A stretch of 24,294 bases of DNA from Bdellovibrionota bacterium. Its GTDB lineage: Bacteria; Bdellovibrionota_C; UBA2361; OMII01. The translations under genes and the position numbers were made by a program. The stretch spans positions 1 to 24,294 of the forward strand of contig JBIJBE010000049.1 of NCBI GenBank assembly GCA_044345405.1, read 5' to 3'. Positions within the stretch are counted from its first letter, which is position 1. The number at the start of each line of letters is the position of its first letter. The notes under the pieces are model-generated. The model worked only from the letters and a program-made list of their open reading frames with translations. It ran no database searches and was not told the origin of the DNA. Below are positions 16,728 to 24,294 of this stretch, one piece after another.

Positions 16728-18233
16728 ATGAATCTTGCCGAAGTTTTTGAAAAGTTCCCCGCTAATCACACTGATGTCGCTCACGTTGTTCAGCAGAATG
16801 GACTTCAACCCCAGGTAGCTCAACGCCCCACATCGGAAACCGCTCGCCTTGAGGCGCTCTTAAAGGATGTTGAGGATATCAGCTCCTTGAGCCCTGAGTT
16901 GATGGAGCGCGCTATCCTCGAAAAGTTTTGGTACCACGTTACCCCTTTTCGCAGCGCGTTGATTCGAGCGCTCGAGCTCCCCACGGGTTCGCGCATCCTT
17001 GAGATCGGATGTGGCGCTGGAAATCTTACCCGCTATCTCGGTGAGCGAGGGTTTCAGGTCGTCGCGCTTGAGACCAACGAGGCGCTCGTTGAGTGTGCGC
17101 GCGCGCGATGTCGTGATTTAGCGAACGTCGAGATCGTACACGGATTCGTTGAATCCGTTGTGAATGAGGATAAGTTCGATTTCGTAGTGTGCGTTGATCC
17201 GCTTATCGTCACTAGTGAGTACTTCAATCCAGGTGTTCAGCTCTTCGCGTTATGCAGGAACCTCCTGAAGGCGACCGGCTCGTTCATTTTGGCGGCTGAA
17301 AATCCTCTCTTCGCTCCAGGTGGAGGGCATGTCGAGGAGTCTCCAGATCACGTCCGAGGTAAGGGCGCTCCTCTTGAGGGGATTCGCCAGTCATTGTCGA
17401 GCGCCGGGTTTACCGGATGCGAGACCTTCATGACCTATCCGCATCACGCCGCTCCGCAACTTCTTGTGGAGACCACCACGGCTCGTACCCGTCGAGTGCC
17501 ATGGACCTCGATGGTATCGGATCTCTACAAGTCGTCCGCCACAACTCGTGACGAGGTTGAGAACTGGTTGCGCGCTATCTGCGCTGAGCGGATCGAGAAC
17601 GCGCTCGCGCCGGGATGGCTCATCGTAGCGCACGCTCATACCGTTCATTCGATCGTATGGAACGGGTGGGCTGTTAAGAGCTTTGACCTGACTGCTCAGG
17701 ATGACCAGGTAGGTGAGCGTATCGATGATAAAGGGATCACCGTCCACAATCTTCCACTCAAGGAGGAGCGGCTCATCTCGATCATCAAGAATCTCGCTCG
17801 ACCACAGATTAACTCGGTGAAGGATTACAAGTTCTCCCTCCGCGCGTCTGATAGTCGTATCGGCGAACTCCTCAAGCGCGAGGATGTCTTGAAGGCGACC
17901 TTTGAGGATACCGAAAAGCGCTTGAAGCGCGATCTTACCGATGAGCGTGAGATGAAGCGGGTGCGAGAAGCTGAGCTAGACCTTGTGCTCAAGCAGTACC
18001 ATGCAATCGGCGCGATGTGTCAGGAGATGCGACAGGAAGGGAAGGCCCTTCGTGAGATGGTCTCTGAGCTTCGTCACAAGTATCAAACATCTGAGACATG
18101 GGCTTCAGCGCTTGCCGGGCGTGTTGCTGACGCGGAGACAGAGCTGTACACCGTGCGCTCATCTCTCTCGTGGAAGATCTCGAACGGACTAAAAGGCGTA
18201 AAAAATTCCGTCAAAGAGTTTCTCTTTAGTTGA
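16728..18233 (+). CDS. Class I SAM-dependent methyltransferase with C-terminal coiled coil
   Basis: ILEIGCGAGNLTRYLGE motif I and FDFVVC. The charged heptad-like tail ends in SSLSWKIS, similar to glycan-associated methyltransferases. Confidence 0.82.
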   Translation: MNLAEVFEKFPANHTDVAHVVQQNGLQPQVAQRPTSETARLEALLKDVEDISSLSPELMERAILEKFWYHVTPFRSALIRALELPTGSRILEIGCGAGNLTRYLGERGFQVVALETNEALVECARARCRDLANVEIVHGFVESVVNEDKFDFVVCVDPLIVTSEYFNPGVQLFALCRNLLKATGSFILAAENPLFAPGGGHVEESPDHVRGKGAPLEGIRQSLSSAGFTGCETFMTYPHHAAPQLLVETTTARTRRVPWTSMVSDLYKSSATTRDEVENWLRAICAERIENALAPGWLIVAHAHTVHSIVWNGWAVKSFDLTAQDDQVGERIDDKGITVHNLPLKEERLISIIKNLARPQINSVKDYKFSLRASDSRIGELLKREDVLKATFEDTEKRLKRDLTDEREMKRVREAELDLVLKQYHAIGAMCQEMRQEGKALREMVSELRHKYQTSETWASALAGRVADAETELYTVRSSLSWKISNGLKGVKNSVKEFLFS

Positions 18234-18258
18234 CACCTCTCCATTTCGAGTATATTTC
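18230..18258 (+). promoter_or_regulatory. Putative sigma70 promoter for the 18268 gene
   Basis: Perfect TTGACA overlapping the upstream stop codon, followed by TATATT (15-nt spacer) or TATTTC (17-nt spacer). Confidence 0.45.
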
Positions 18259-18267
18259 TATACTCAT

Positions 18268-19089
18268 ATGGAAATGCAACAAACTGAACTCTTCGCTACC
18301 CGTCCCGTTAAACCTTCAGTAGTGCCATATCTTCGTCTGGTGCAACCTGATGAAACCGCTGGTGTTTTGCCCCAGCGCCCGTCGCATGGCGGTACGCCCG
18401 CTGTGTGTCAGCCGGTGGTTGCTCGTCACCAGCACGTGGCTACCTCCTCGAACGTCTCGAACGAGACTCGAAAGAGAGGCCCTGGATTGAAGGCGATAGC
18501 GCCTGAGCACGTTGAGCGTTTCTTGAATCAACTCCACGGCGAGGCGCTCTTGGTGGGGGCTCTCTCGTACGATCTCGGACTTCGACTCTCTCAACTTCGG
18601 TTCCTTCGGGTTCGTGACGTAAATCTTACGGCGCGAGTTATCGAGCTCTCAGATGGAGCTAAGCCTATCCCGGTCTCACTCTTTGAGGACCTCAAAGAGC
18701 ACATCAGTGAGAAGGTATGTGGAGGTGAGGTGGCTCGTGGTGTTCAGAAGAGGGACCAGCTTCTCTTCTCGCATCAGGCGTTTGAACACGTTCTCCTGAT
18801 CTGCGCGTCCTTTTTCGGGGGCGCCTCCCGTGAAGTGGCTAACCACGATAGCGCCTCCGACCTCACCATCTCCGCTCTTCACTCGAGCCAGGGGACGGAG
18901 CTTGGACAGCGGGTCCGTGATAACTTCTTGCGAGTGATGGGATGGTTCCACTCTAAGAGAGCGGCTCGACGAGGCGGGACGATCGCCTCCCCCCTCGGGC
19001 TCTTCGACAAGGGCCCAAAGATAGTTCGTCGAGATCGTGGAGGCGCCGTGCATTCGTACTACCTCTGGCGCGCGGTGTACTCTCGATAA
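18268..19089 (+). CDS. Degenerate tyrosine-recombinase (integron-integrase-like) domain protein
   Basis: EHVERFLNQLHGEALLVGALSYDLGLRLSQLRFLRVRDVNL resembles IntI box I, and RRGGTIASPLG resembles the IntI C-terminus. The catalytic Lys loop and canonical box II are not evident. Confidence 0.65.
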   Translation: MEMQQTELFATRPVKPSVVPYLRLVQPDETAGVLPQRPSHGGTPAVCQPVVARHQHVATSSNVSNETRKRGPGLKAIAPEHVERFLNQLHGEALLVGALSYDLGLRLSQLRFLRVRDVNLTARVIELSDGAKPIPVSLFEDLKEHISEKVCGGEVARGVQKRDQLLFSHQAFEHVLLICASFFGGASREVANHDSASDLTISALHSSQGTELGQRVRDNFLRVMGWFHSKRAARRGGTIASPLGLFDKGPKIVRRDRGGAVHSYYLWRAVYSR

Positions 19090-19097
19090 AGAGCGTT

Positions 19098-20315
19098 TTA
19101 CTCAAGTGGAATGAGGTGCCCTTGCTGACAGCTGTACCCGGTGTCAGAGTTTTGCGACTCCCACGCCTTCGCCGGAGTTCTGACAATTACAATAAGGTCG
19201 CTCTCAGCGTTTGGGATCGTTCGACAGAGATGGCTGCCGATCTCGTACACATCCTGGGGTTGGGGACTCGGTATAGAGAAAAGAGTTGTTAACCCCCACC
19301 GGTCAAAGGAGAGCTGGTAGAGTCCCCCCTCTGATGGAGAGATGATGGAGCGAATAGAGGATGGAAGATGGGGCACAGCCCGCTCCTGAAAAAACGCGTA
19401 CCCGTGAGCGCTCGCTCCTGAGTAAACGCTAAAGGAGAGGTATGGGTTCCATAGTCCAAAGTATCCGAGAAGCGGTAGTACGACACAGAGCTGAACAAAG
19501 ATAATTCGAGTTCTCGTCCACCGCGGGAGCACGATTGCGCGAAGTGTGGTCTTAGATCTCCAGAAGAGAAGGATGACCACGCACGCCATCGTGATATTCC
19601 AGGGAACGATACTGAAGTTCTCGTTCCTTCCCCAGGGGCTTACCATGACAAGAATGCCGACGTGAAGGAGTACCAGCCCAATCACGGAGAGTCGTCTCGT
19701 CCTGTAGAATAGCAGCCCCAGCGCGAGGGCGACCTCGATGAAGGGGGTCGCGTAGAAGAGGTACACACTCGCAATGGGCGGAGGAGAACTGAACGAGGAG
19801 ATGAGTAAGGGGACGACCTCCGTGAAGTAGGTTACCCGAAGCTTCTGAAGCCCCGTCCACGCATAGATAGTGACGACGATGAATTGAAGGAGGGTTACCG
19901 TTTCGCTTGGTCTTTTTTGCTCACGCGGTTTGAGCCACAGATCCGCTAGCGCGCCGAACCCTAACACGAAGAAGTAGCCCCACGGGTGAATGCGATTTTG
20001 GTCTTGAGCCCACAAGAGAGCGACCACTCCGATGATGCTCACCGCGACCATGCCAGAGGGAATGAAGATGCTCACCGCAAGCAAGGTGACGAGCAGGAGG
20101 AGGGCGCCGAGATCAAGGGGAAACGGGAATATCGGGATACCTGGATCGACTGGGATCAGGGGGAACGGTCGTTCCGTGAGCCAGAGGGGATAGGTTATCG
20201 CTATCGAGGCGAGAAATCCCACCGCAAGGAGAACCCGCAGCGCCGTAAACGCTCCCGCATCGTGCGTATCGTCGTTCGCGACCGGAGGGGTGAGGCTTGG
20301 GAGAGATTCGATCAT
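19098..20315 (-). CDS. Multi-pass membrane protein, HTTM/DoxX-like
   Basis: About 9 hydrophobic segments; motifs QDQNRIHPW, YAWTGLQKL, HVGIL, VPWN and YLSFSVYSG. Confidence 0.7.
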   Translation of the reverse strand: MIESLPSLTPPVANDDTHDAGAFTALRVLLAVGFLASIAITYPLWLTERPFPLIPVDPGIPIFPFPLDLGALLLLVTLLAVSIFIPSGMVAVSIIGVVALLWAQDQNRIHPWGYFFVLGFGALADLWLKPREQKRPSETVTLLQFIVVTIYAWTGLQKLRVTYFTEVVPLLISSFSSPPPIASVYLFYATPFIEVALALGLLFYRTRRLSVIGLVLLHVGILVMVSPWGRNENFSIVPWNITMACVVILLFWRSKTTLRAIVLPRWTRTRIIFVQLCVVLPLLGYFGLWNPYLSFSVYSGASAHGYAFFQERAVPHLPSSIRSIISPSEGGLYQLSFDRWGLTTLFSIPSPQPQDVYEIGSHLCRTIPNAESDLIVIVRTPAKAWESQNSDTGYSCQQGHLIPLE

Positions 20316-20446
20316 GTGAGTGCGCGGGAGCCCTTCATAACCACCATAGTACGCGGCTGAACGGTGTGGAAAGGGGGCACAGGCTCCCAGTCTGTAGTGT
20401 TTTACCTTTGCTCACACCGTATCACACCCGGTAGACTGGTAGATCT

Positions 20447-21433
20447 ATGGCTGTACCTGCCACTATTCGACCGGTTGTTGATCCCGTTGAGGTCGACCGG
20501 ATCAATTATCTCAATATCCTCCTCATGGTGGCCTCCATCGTCATCGCCTCGTACGTTCCCTTTGAAACGTTTGTGGTGGCGTACGCGGTGATGGGCCCCT
20601 TGCACTACCTCACAGAGATATCGTGGCTTCACGATCGGGGGTATTTCACATCGGGACGTAGGGATTGGATATGGCTCCTTGGTGCCGCCATCGTGGCGGC
20701 GATAGGGGCTATCTTTCCAAGTCCGACTACGAATGGCTTGGCCGGCTTCGCGATGGGAGCGCTCTTCGTGATCACGGCGGGTATGGTGCTCGCTCGCTCA
20801 GGCATGCGCAAATTCGGCGTTCTCGGACTCGGCGTTATCGTTGGCGCTCTGACGACGTTGTGGCATCCACTCTTTATCCTACTCACTGCTTTTCTCCCCA
20901 CATTAGTGCATGTCTATCTTTTTACCGGGTTGTTCATCCTTTACGGCGCGGTGAAGGGGCGAAGTTTCTCGGGGACACTCTCGCTGGTACTTTTTCTCGC
21001 GGCTCCCCTCATCTGTGTGCTCGTCATGACCACACCTTCGGGGTATGCCCCTTCTGAGTATATCCTTGATGCCGCCTCTCCCTTTGATTCCCTGGGCGCG
21101 TACACACTTCACATACTGGGGATCCAGGTTACACATGACTCCTGGCTCGCATTCATGCGCGTTATGGGTTTCGCCTACTCGTACCACTACCTCAACTGGT
21201 TTTCGAAGACGCGGATTATTAATTGGCACGCGGTTCCCCGTCGCCGTCTCTACCTTATTGGTGCCGTGTACCTAAGCGCATTAGCGTTGTACGGCTACGA
21301 CTACCGTGTGGGGTTCATGGCGCTCATGACCTTGAGCTTCGCTCACGTAATGCTTGAGTTGCCCCTCAACTACCGCACCATCGCTGGTCTTGCCGCTGAG
21401 GCGCGTCGTTTTGCTCGAACGCGAGGGGCTTAA
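20447..21433 (+). CDS. Uncharacterised multi-pass membrane protein with four His motifs
   Basis: GPLHYLTEISWLH, PTLVHVYLFTG, YSYHYLNWFSKT and FAHVMLELPLN motifs; hydrophobic throughout. Confidence 0.78.
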   Translation: MAVPATIRPVVDPVEVDRINYLNILLMVASIVIASYVPFETFVVAYAVMGPLHYLTEISWLHDRGYFTSGRRDWIWLLGAAIVAAIGAIFPSPTTNGLAGFAMGALFVITAGMVLARSGMRKFGVLGLGVIVGALTTLWHPLFILLTAFLPTLVHVYLFTGLFILYGAVKGRSFSGTLSLVLFLAAPLICVLVMTTPSGYAPSEYILDAASPFDSLGAYTLHILGIQVTHDSWLAFMRVMGFAYSYHYLNWFSKTRIINWHAVPRRRLYLIGAVYLSALALYGYDYRVGFMALMTLSFAHVMLELPLNYRTIAGLAAEARRFARTRGA

Positions 21434-22143
21434 TACGAATTAGTGCCGATGACACGATCGGGAAAATCCGAGAACACCCCATCGACGCCGACGGCGCGCA
21501 TGGCGTGGATATCGGCGAGCTCGTTCACCGTATACACAAAGACCTTGTATCCTGCTTGATGGAGAGCGCTCACCCGTTTGGGGGTAACCATCTCAAGGTT
21601 TAGGTGCACCGAATACGCGCCCAGCGCTCGCGCGATCTCAAGGGTGTTTATCGGATATCCGTACAACAGGATTCCGATTGGGATGTTCGGCGCGATTTGT
21701 TTGCACGCGACGAGCTCCTCGTGATCGAACGATGAGACGAGAAGGGAATCGGGAGACCATCCCTTATCAAGTAGGGTGTTGAGGTAGCGGGCTGTGGGTG
21801 CCCCGGTTCCTCCACCCTTAAGCTCAAGTTGAAGCTTCGCCTTGTCCCGCGCGAGATCCACGAGCTCTGAGAGTAACGGGATCGGCTCGGTCCCCTTTAC
21901 CTTCAGGGACCGGAGGGTGGAAAGGTCGAGATCGCTCACCTTACCGGGCGCTCCCGTTAAACGGCTCAAGGTGCGGTCATGAAATATAACTAACTCACCC
22001 TCAACAACCCGCACATCGCACTCGATCCACGTCGCGCCGAGGTCAAGCGCTCGTGAGAAACTTCGCAGCGTGTTCTCCGGCTCGTAGCCAGAGGCTCCGC
22101 GGTGCGCGAAGCAGATGAGGTTGGCGGGTGCGGAGAGGGGCAT
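21430..22143 (-). CDS. Glycerophosphodiester phosphodiesterase (UgpQ/GlpQ family, cytoplasmic)
   Basis: AHRGASGYEPENT, IECDV, IFHD, LELK, SSFD, YTVN and GVFSDFP motifs. Confidence 0.94.
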   Translation of the reverse strand: MPLSAPANLICFAHRGASGYEPENTLRSFSRALDLGATWIECDVRVVEGELVIFHDRTLSRLTGAPGKVSDLDLSTLRSLKVKGTEPIPLLSELVDLARDKAKLQLELKGGGTGAPTARYLNTLLDKGWSPDSLLVSSFDHEELVACKQIAPNIPIGILLYGYPINTLEIARALGAYSVHLNLEMVTPKRVSALHQAGYKVFVYTVNELADIHAMRAVGVDGVFSDFPDRVIGTNSY

Positions 22144-22312
22144 ACGATTTAAGTATACTGGAGAATGATACGCGCCAACCAGGCTAGAACGTACCTGCTC
22201 CTTAGTCTATCGTGATTATTACGGTTTCCGAAGGGTTCGCCACATGATGTAGTTTGTGTGATAAACTTAGGGAACTCGAAGGCACCTCTCACATCGCTTT
22301 ATCGCATTTTGT

Positions 22313-23137
22313 ATGACCTCATCCGCACCCTCTCTCTTTCCCCACGGTCGTTGGCTTGTTTGTAAGCCGAAGGATTACGACGTGAGATACCAGATCAATC
22401 CGTGGATGGATCTCGCAAAGACACCGGAAAAGGCGCTCGCCGCCTCTCAGTGGATGAACCTTCACCACCACATCCTTCGCCTCGGAGGATGGCTGGAGTA
22501 CGTTGATCACGCTGATGGCTGGCCCGACATGGTGTTCACCGCGAACGCGGGGCTCGTGAGAGGTCGTGAGGTAGTGATATCGAAGTTTCGTCACAAGGAG
22601 CGTGCTGGTGAGGAGCGCCACTTTACGGAGTGGTTCGCCGGTGCCGGCTTTAAGGTTCATGAACTCACCACGGGGGCGTTTGAAGGGGAGGGGGACGCGC
22701 TCTTCGCGGGGGATACCCTCTTTTGTGGATATGGGTTTCGGTCCGATCGGGCCGCGCACGAGCAGGTCGCCGCCCTTCTAGGCGTGAAAAAACTGGTAGC
22801 CGTGCAGCTCCAAGATCCCCGATTTTACCATCTCGATACCTGTTTTTGCCCACTTACGCCGAAACTTGCTTTGGTTCATCCGGGAGCGTTTAATGCTTCC
22901 GATCTCGCTCTTTTGGAGGAATCCATAGAGCTGATTCGGGTGTCGCCGGCGGATGCTGTACACTTTGTGTGTAACGCAGTAGTTCTAGGATCCAATGTGG
23001 TGCTCCCAGCTGGTTGCGACACAACCTATAGAGCGCTCGCGGAGAGGGGGTTCACCGCTTATCCGGTCGCGTTGAGTGAGTTTATTAAAGCGGGAGGCGC
23101 GGCGAAGTGTCTCTCGCTCAAATTGGATAACGCTTAG
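22313..23137 (+). CDS. Amidinotransferase/DDAH-family guanidino-modifying enzyme (resembles the ArgZ N-terminal dihydrolase domain)
   Basis: YQINPWM, PDMVFTAN, FEGEGD, FYHLDTCF and GGAAKCL (catalytic Cys) motifs. Confidence 0.9.
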   Translation: MTSSAPSLFPHGRWLVCKPKDYDVRYQINPWMDLAKTPEKALAASQWMNLHHHILRLGGWLEYVDHADGWPDMVFTANAGLVRGREVVISKFRHKERAGEERHFTEWFAGAGFKVHELTTGAFEGEGDALFAGDTLFCGYGFRSDRAAHEQVAALLGVKKLVAVQLQDPRFYHLDTCFCPLTPKLALVHPGAFNASDLALLEESIELIRVSPADAVHFVCNAVVLGSNVVLPAGCDTTYRALAERGFTAYPVALSEFIKAGGAAKCLSLKLDNA

Positions 23138-23139
23138 AT

Positions 23140-23760
23140 ATGGCTCGTTGCCGAATCATTTCAGTCGCTGGTGGAACCGCCAGTGGCAAGACCACGCTGG
23201 CGCACGATCTCTTCCGAATCGGCGGTCCTCAACGAGTTCAGGTCATTCCTCTCGACTCCTACTACCACGACCAGTCGAATATCTCCCCAGAGGAACGAGT
23301 GACCCGAAATTACGATCATCCGGACGCTTTTGAGACGAAGCTTCTTCGTCACCACCTGGACGCGCTCCGAAACGGACACGCTGTAGACGCTCCGATCTAC
23401 AACTTCGCGCTCCATTGCCGAGATACCGAGAAGGTGCAGCGCGTTGACCCGGTGGATGTGGTGATAGTCGAGGGAATTCTCGCGCTCCATTATCCCGAGC
23501 TTCGAGAGGTGTATTCCTACTCGGTGTTTGTGGACACTGATGATGACCTCCGCTTCCAACGGCGCCTTAAACGCGACGTTAGTGAAAGAGGGCGGACAGA
23601 GGATTCCGTTCACGCGCAATGGAACACGACGGTTCATCCGATGCATACGCGGTATTGCGCTCCCACGCGTTCCTTGGCCGCTGAGGTGATGACGGGAGAG
23701 CGCTGGGATGAGAGCGCGGTTGAGGAGTTGTGGAAGCGGATAGTTGCCGCGGTTGAGTAG
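23140..23760 (+). CDS. udk: Uridine kinase
   Basis: GGTASGKTT P-loop, DSYY, NYDHPDAF, VEGIL and RRLKRDVSERGR motifs. Confidence 0.93.
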   Translation: MARCRIISVAGGTASGKTTLAHDLFRIGGPQRVQVIPLDSYYHDQSNISPEERVTRNYDHPDAFETKLLRHHLDALRNGHAVDAPIYNFALHCRDTEKVQRVDPVDVVIVEGILALHYPELREVYSYSVFVDTDDDLRFQRRLKRDVSERGRTEDSVHAQWNTTVHPMHTRYCAPTRSLAAEVMTGERWDESAVEELWKRIVAAVE

Positions 23761-23787
23761 GGGAAACGAGCATCGTCAACGCCCATG

Positions 23788-23827
23788 AAAAAGGGCCGGG
23801 TCTCTGAGATGAGACCCGGCCCTTTTT
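23788..23827. terminator. Bidirectional intrinsic terminator
   Basis: AAAAAGGGCCGGGTCTC-loop-GAGACCCGGCCCTTTTT perfect inverted repeat between convergent genes. Confidence 0.9.
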
Positions 23828-23845
23828 AATTGTCTAAGAGCTTCC

Positions 23846-24294
23846 TTATGAGCACTTGCTCTCGAAGCGTGGGAGCTTCTGTGTGCGAGTTACAAACCGC
23901 GATTGGATTCGCACCGCCCACGCCACTAATCTCTCCACGTACGCGTCTTCACGAGAACCGTTCGCCGCGTCAAGAAGCTCAGCCGCTTGAGTTACCAGGT
24001 CAAGCTGCTTCGTTGAAGAGCTTACGAGCTTTTGGAGATCCGCGTTCTTGTCGATTTGCGAGCACGTTGGGCAGCTTTGAGAAATTTGAGGGAATCGCCC
24101 CCAGATATCCGTCCATTGCTCAAGGTACAAGTTCTGAGCCTGAGCCATGATGGTCTCCGCTTTCTTTTTGTTCTTCGCGCTCGTATTGAGCGAGAGGACG
24201 CGCTTGGCGATCTTTCTCGCAATCATCCGCATACCCGCCGCGTCGTTATCGAGGCGAGCAAGGGTATCTTTGTTGTTGGTCTGCTCACAAACCG
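23846..24294 (-). CDS. Hypothetical protein, C-terminal part (starts outside the window)
   Basis: The frame stays open from the window end (VCEQTNNKDTLARLDNDAAGM...) to the stop at 23846. Helical, with CPTC and a terminal Cys, suggesting a disulfide-bonded secreted domain. Confidence 0.7.
   Translation of the reverse strand, partial: VCEQTNNKDTLARLDNDAAGMRMIARKIAKRVLSLNTSAKNKKKAETIMAQAQNLYLEQWTDIWGRFPQISQSCPTCSQIDKNADLQKLVSSSTKQLDLVTQAAELLDAANGSREDAYVERLVAWAVRIQSRFVTRTQKLPRFESKCS

Noticed and set aside
15431-19089. Genomic island integrated at tRNA-Lys using the integrase-like gene
   Set aside because: I found no duplicate of the tRNA 3' end in the window, and the integrase-like protein appears to lack a canonical active site.

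Overview
Bacterial chromosomal window, mostly housekeeping, with several accessory patches. From the left: a PLP aminotransferase on the minus strand (3' end runs off the window) divergent from a leuA-leuC-leuD-leuB operon, then a 982-aa group II PLP decarboxylase-like protein with a long unexplained N-terminal extension, tyrA and a hypothetical gene. Next come two paralogous Flp/TadE-like prepilin genes separated by a frame-intact second copy of the 3' end of the neighbouring recD2 gene, followed by recD2, an HD hydrolase and tRNA-Lys(CTT). A dense REP/REPIN-like repeat region after the tRNA shows nested ~30-nt palindromic insertions with empty and filled sites side by side. The right part holds a membrane-anchored glutaredoxin-like gene, a SAM methyltransferase with a coiled-coil tail, a degenerate integron-integrase-like protein, two divergent membrane proteins, a GDPD, an amidinotransferase-family gene coupled to udk, a bidirectional terminator and a partial hypothetical gene. 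The most notable items are the pilin/recD2-tail duplication unit, the nested palindromic insertions, the apparently inactive IntI-like protein and the extended decarboxylase. All calls come from reading motifs by eye; no database searches were run.
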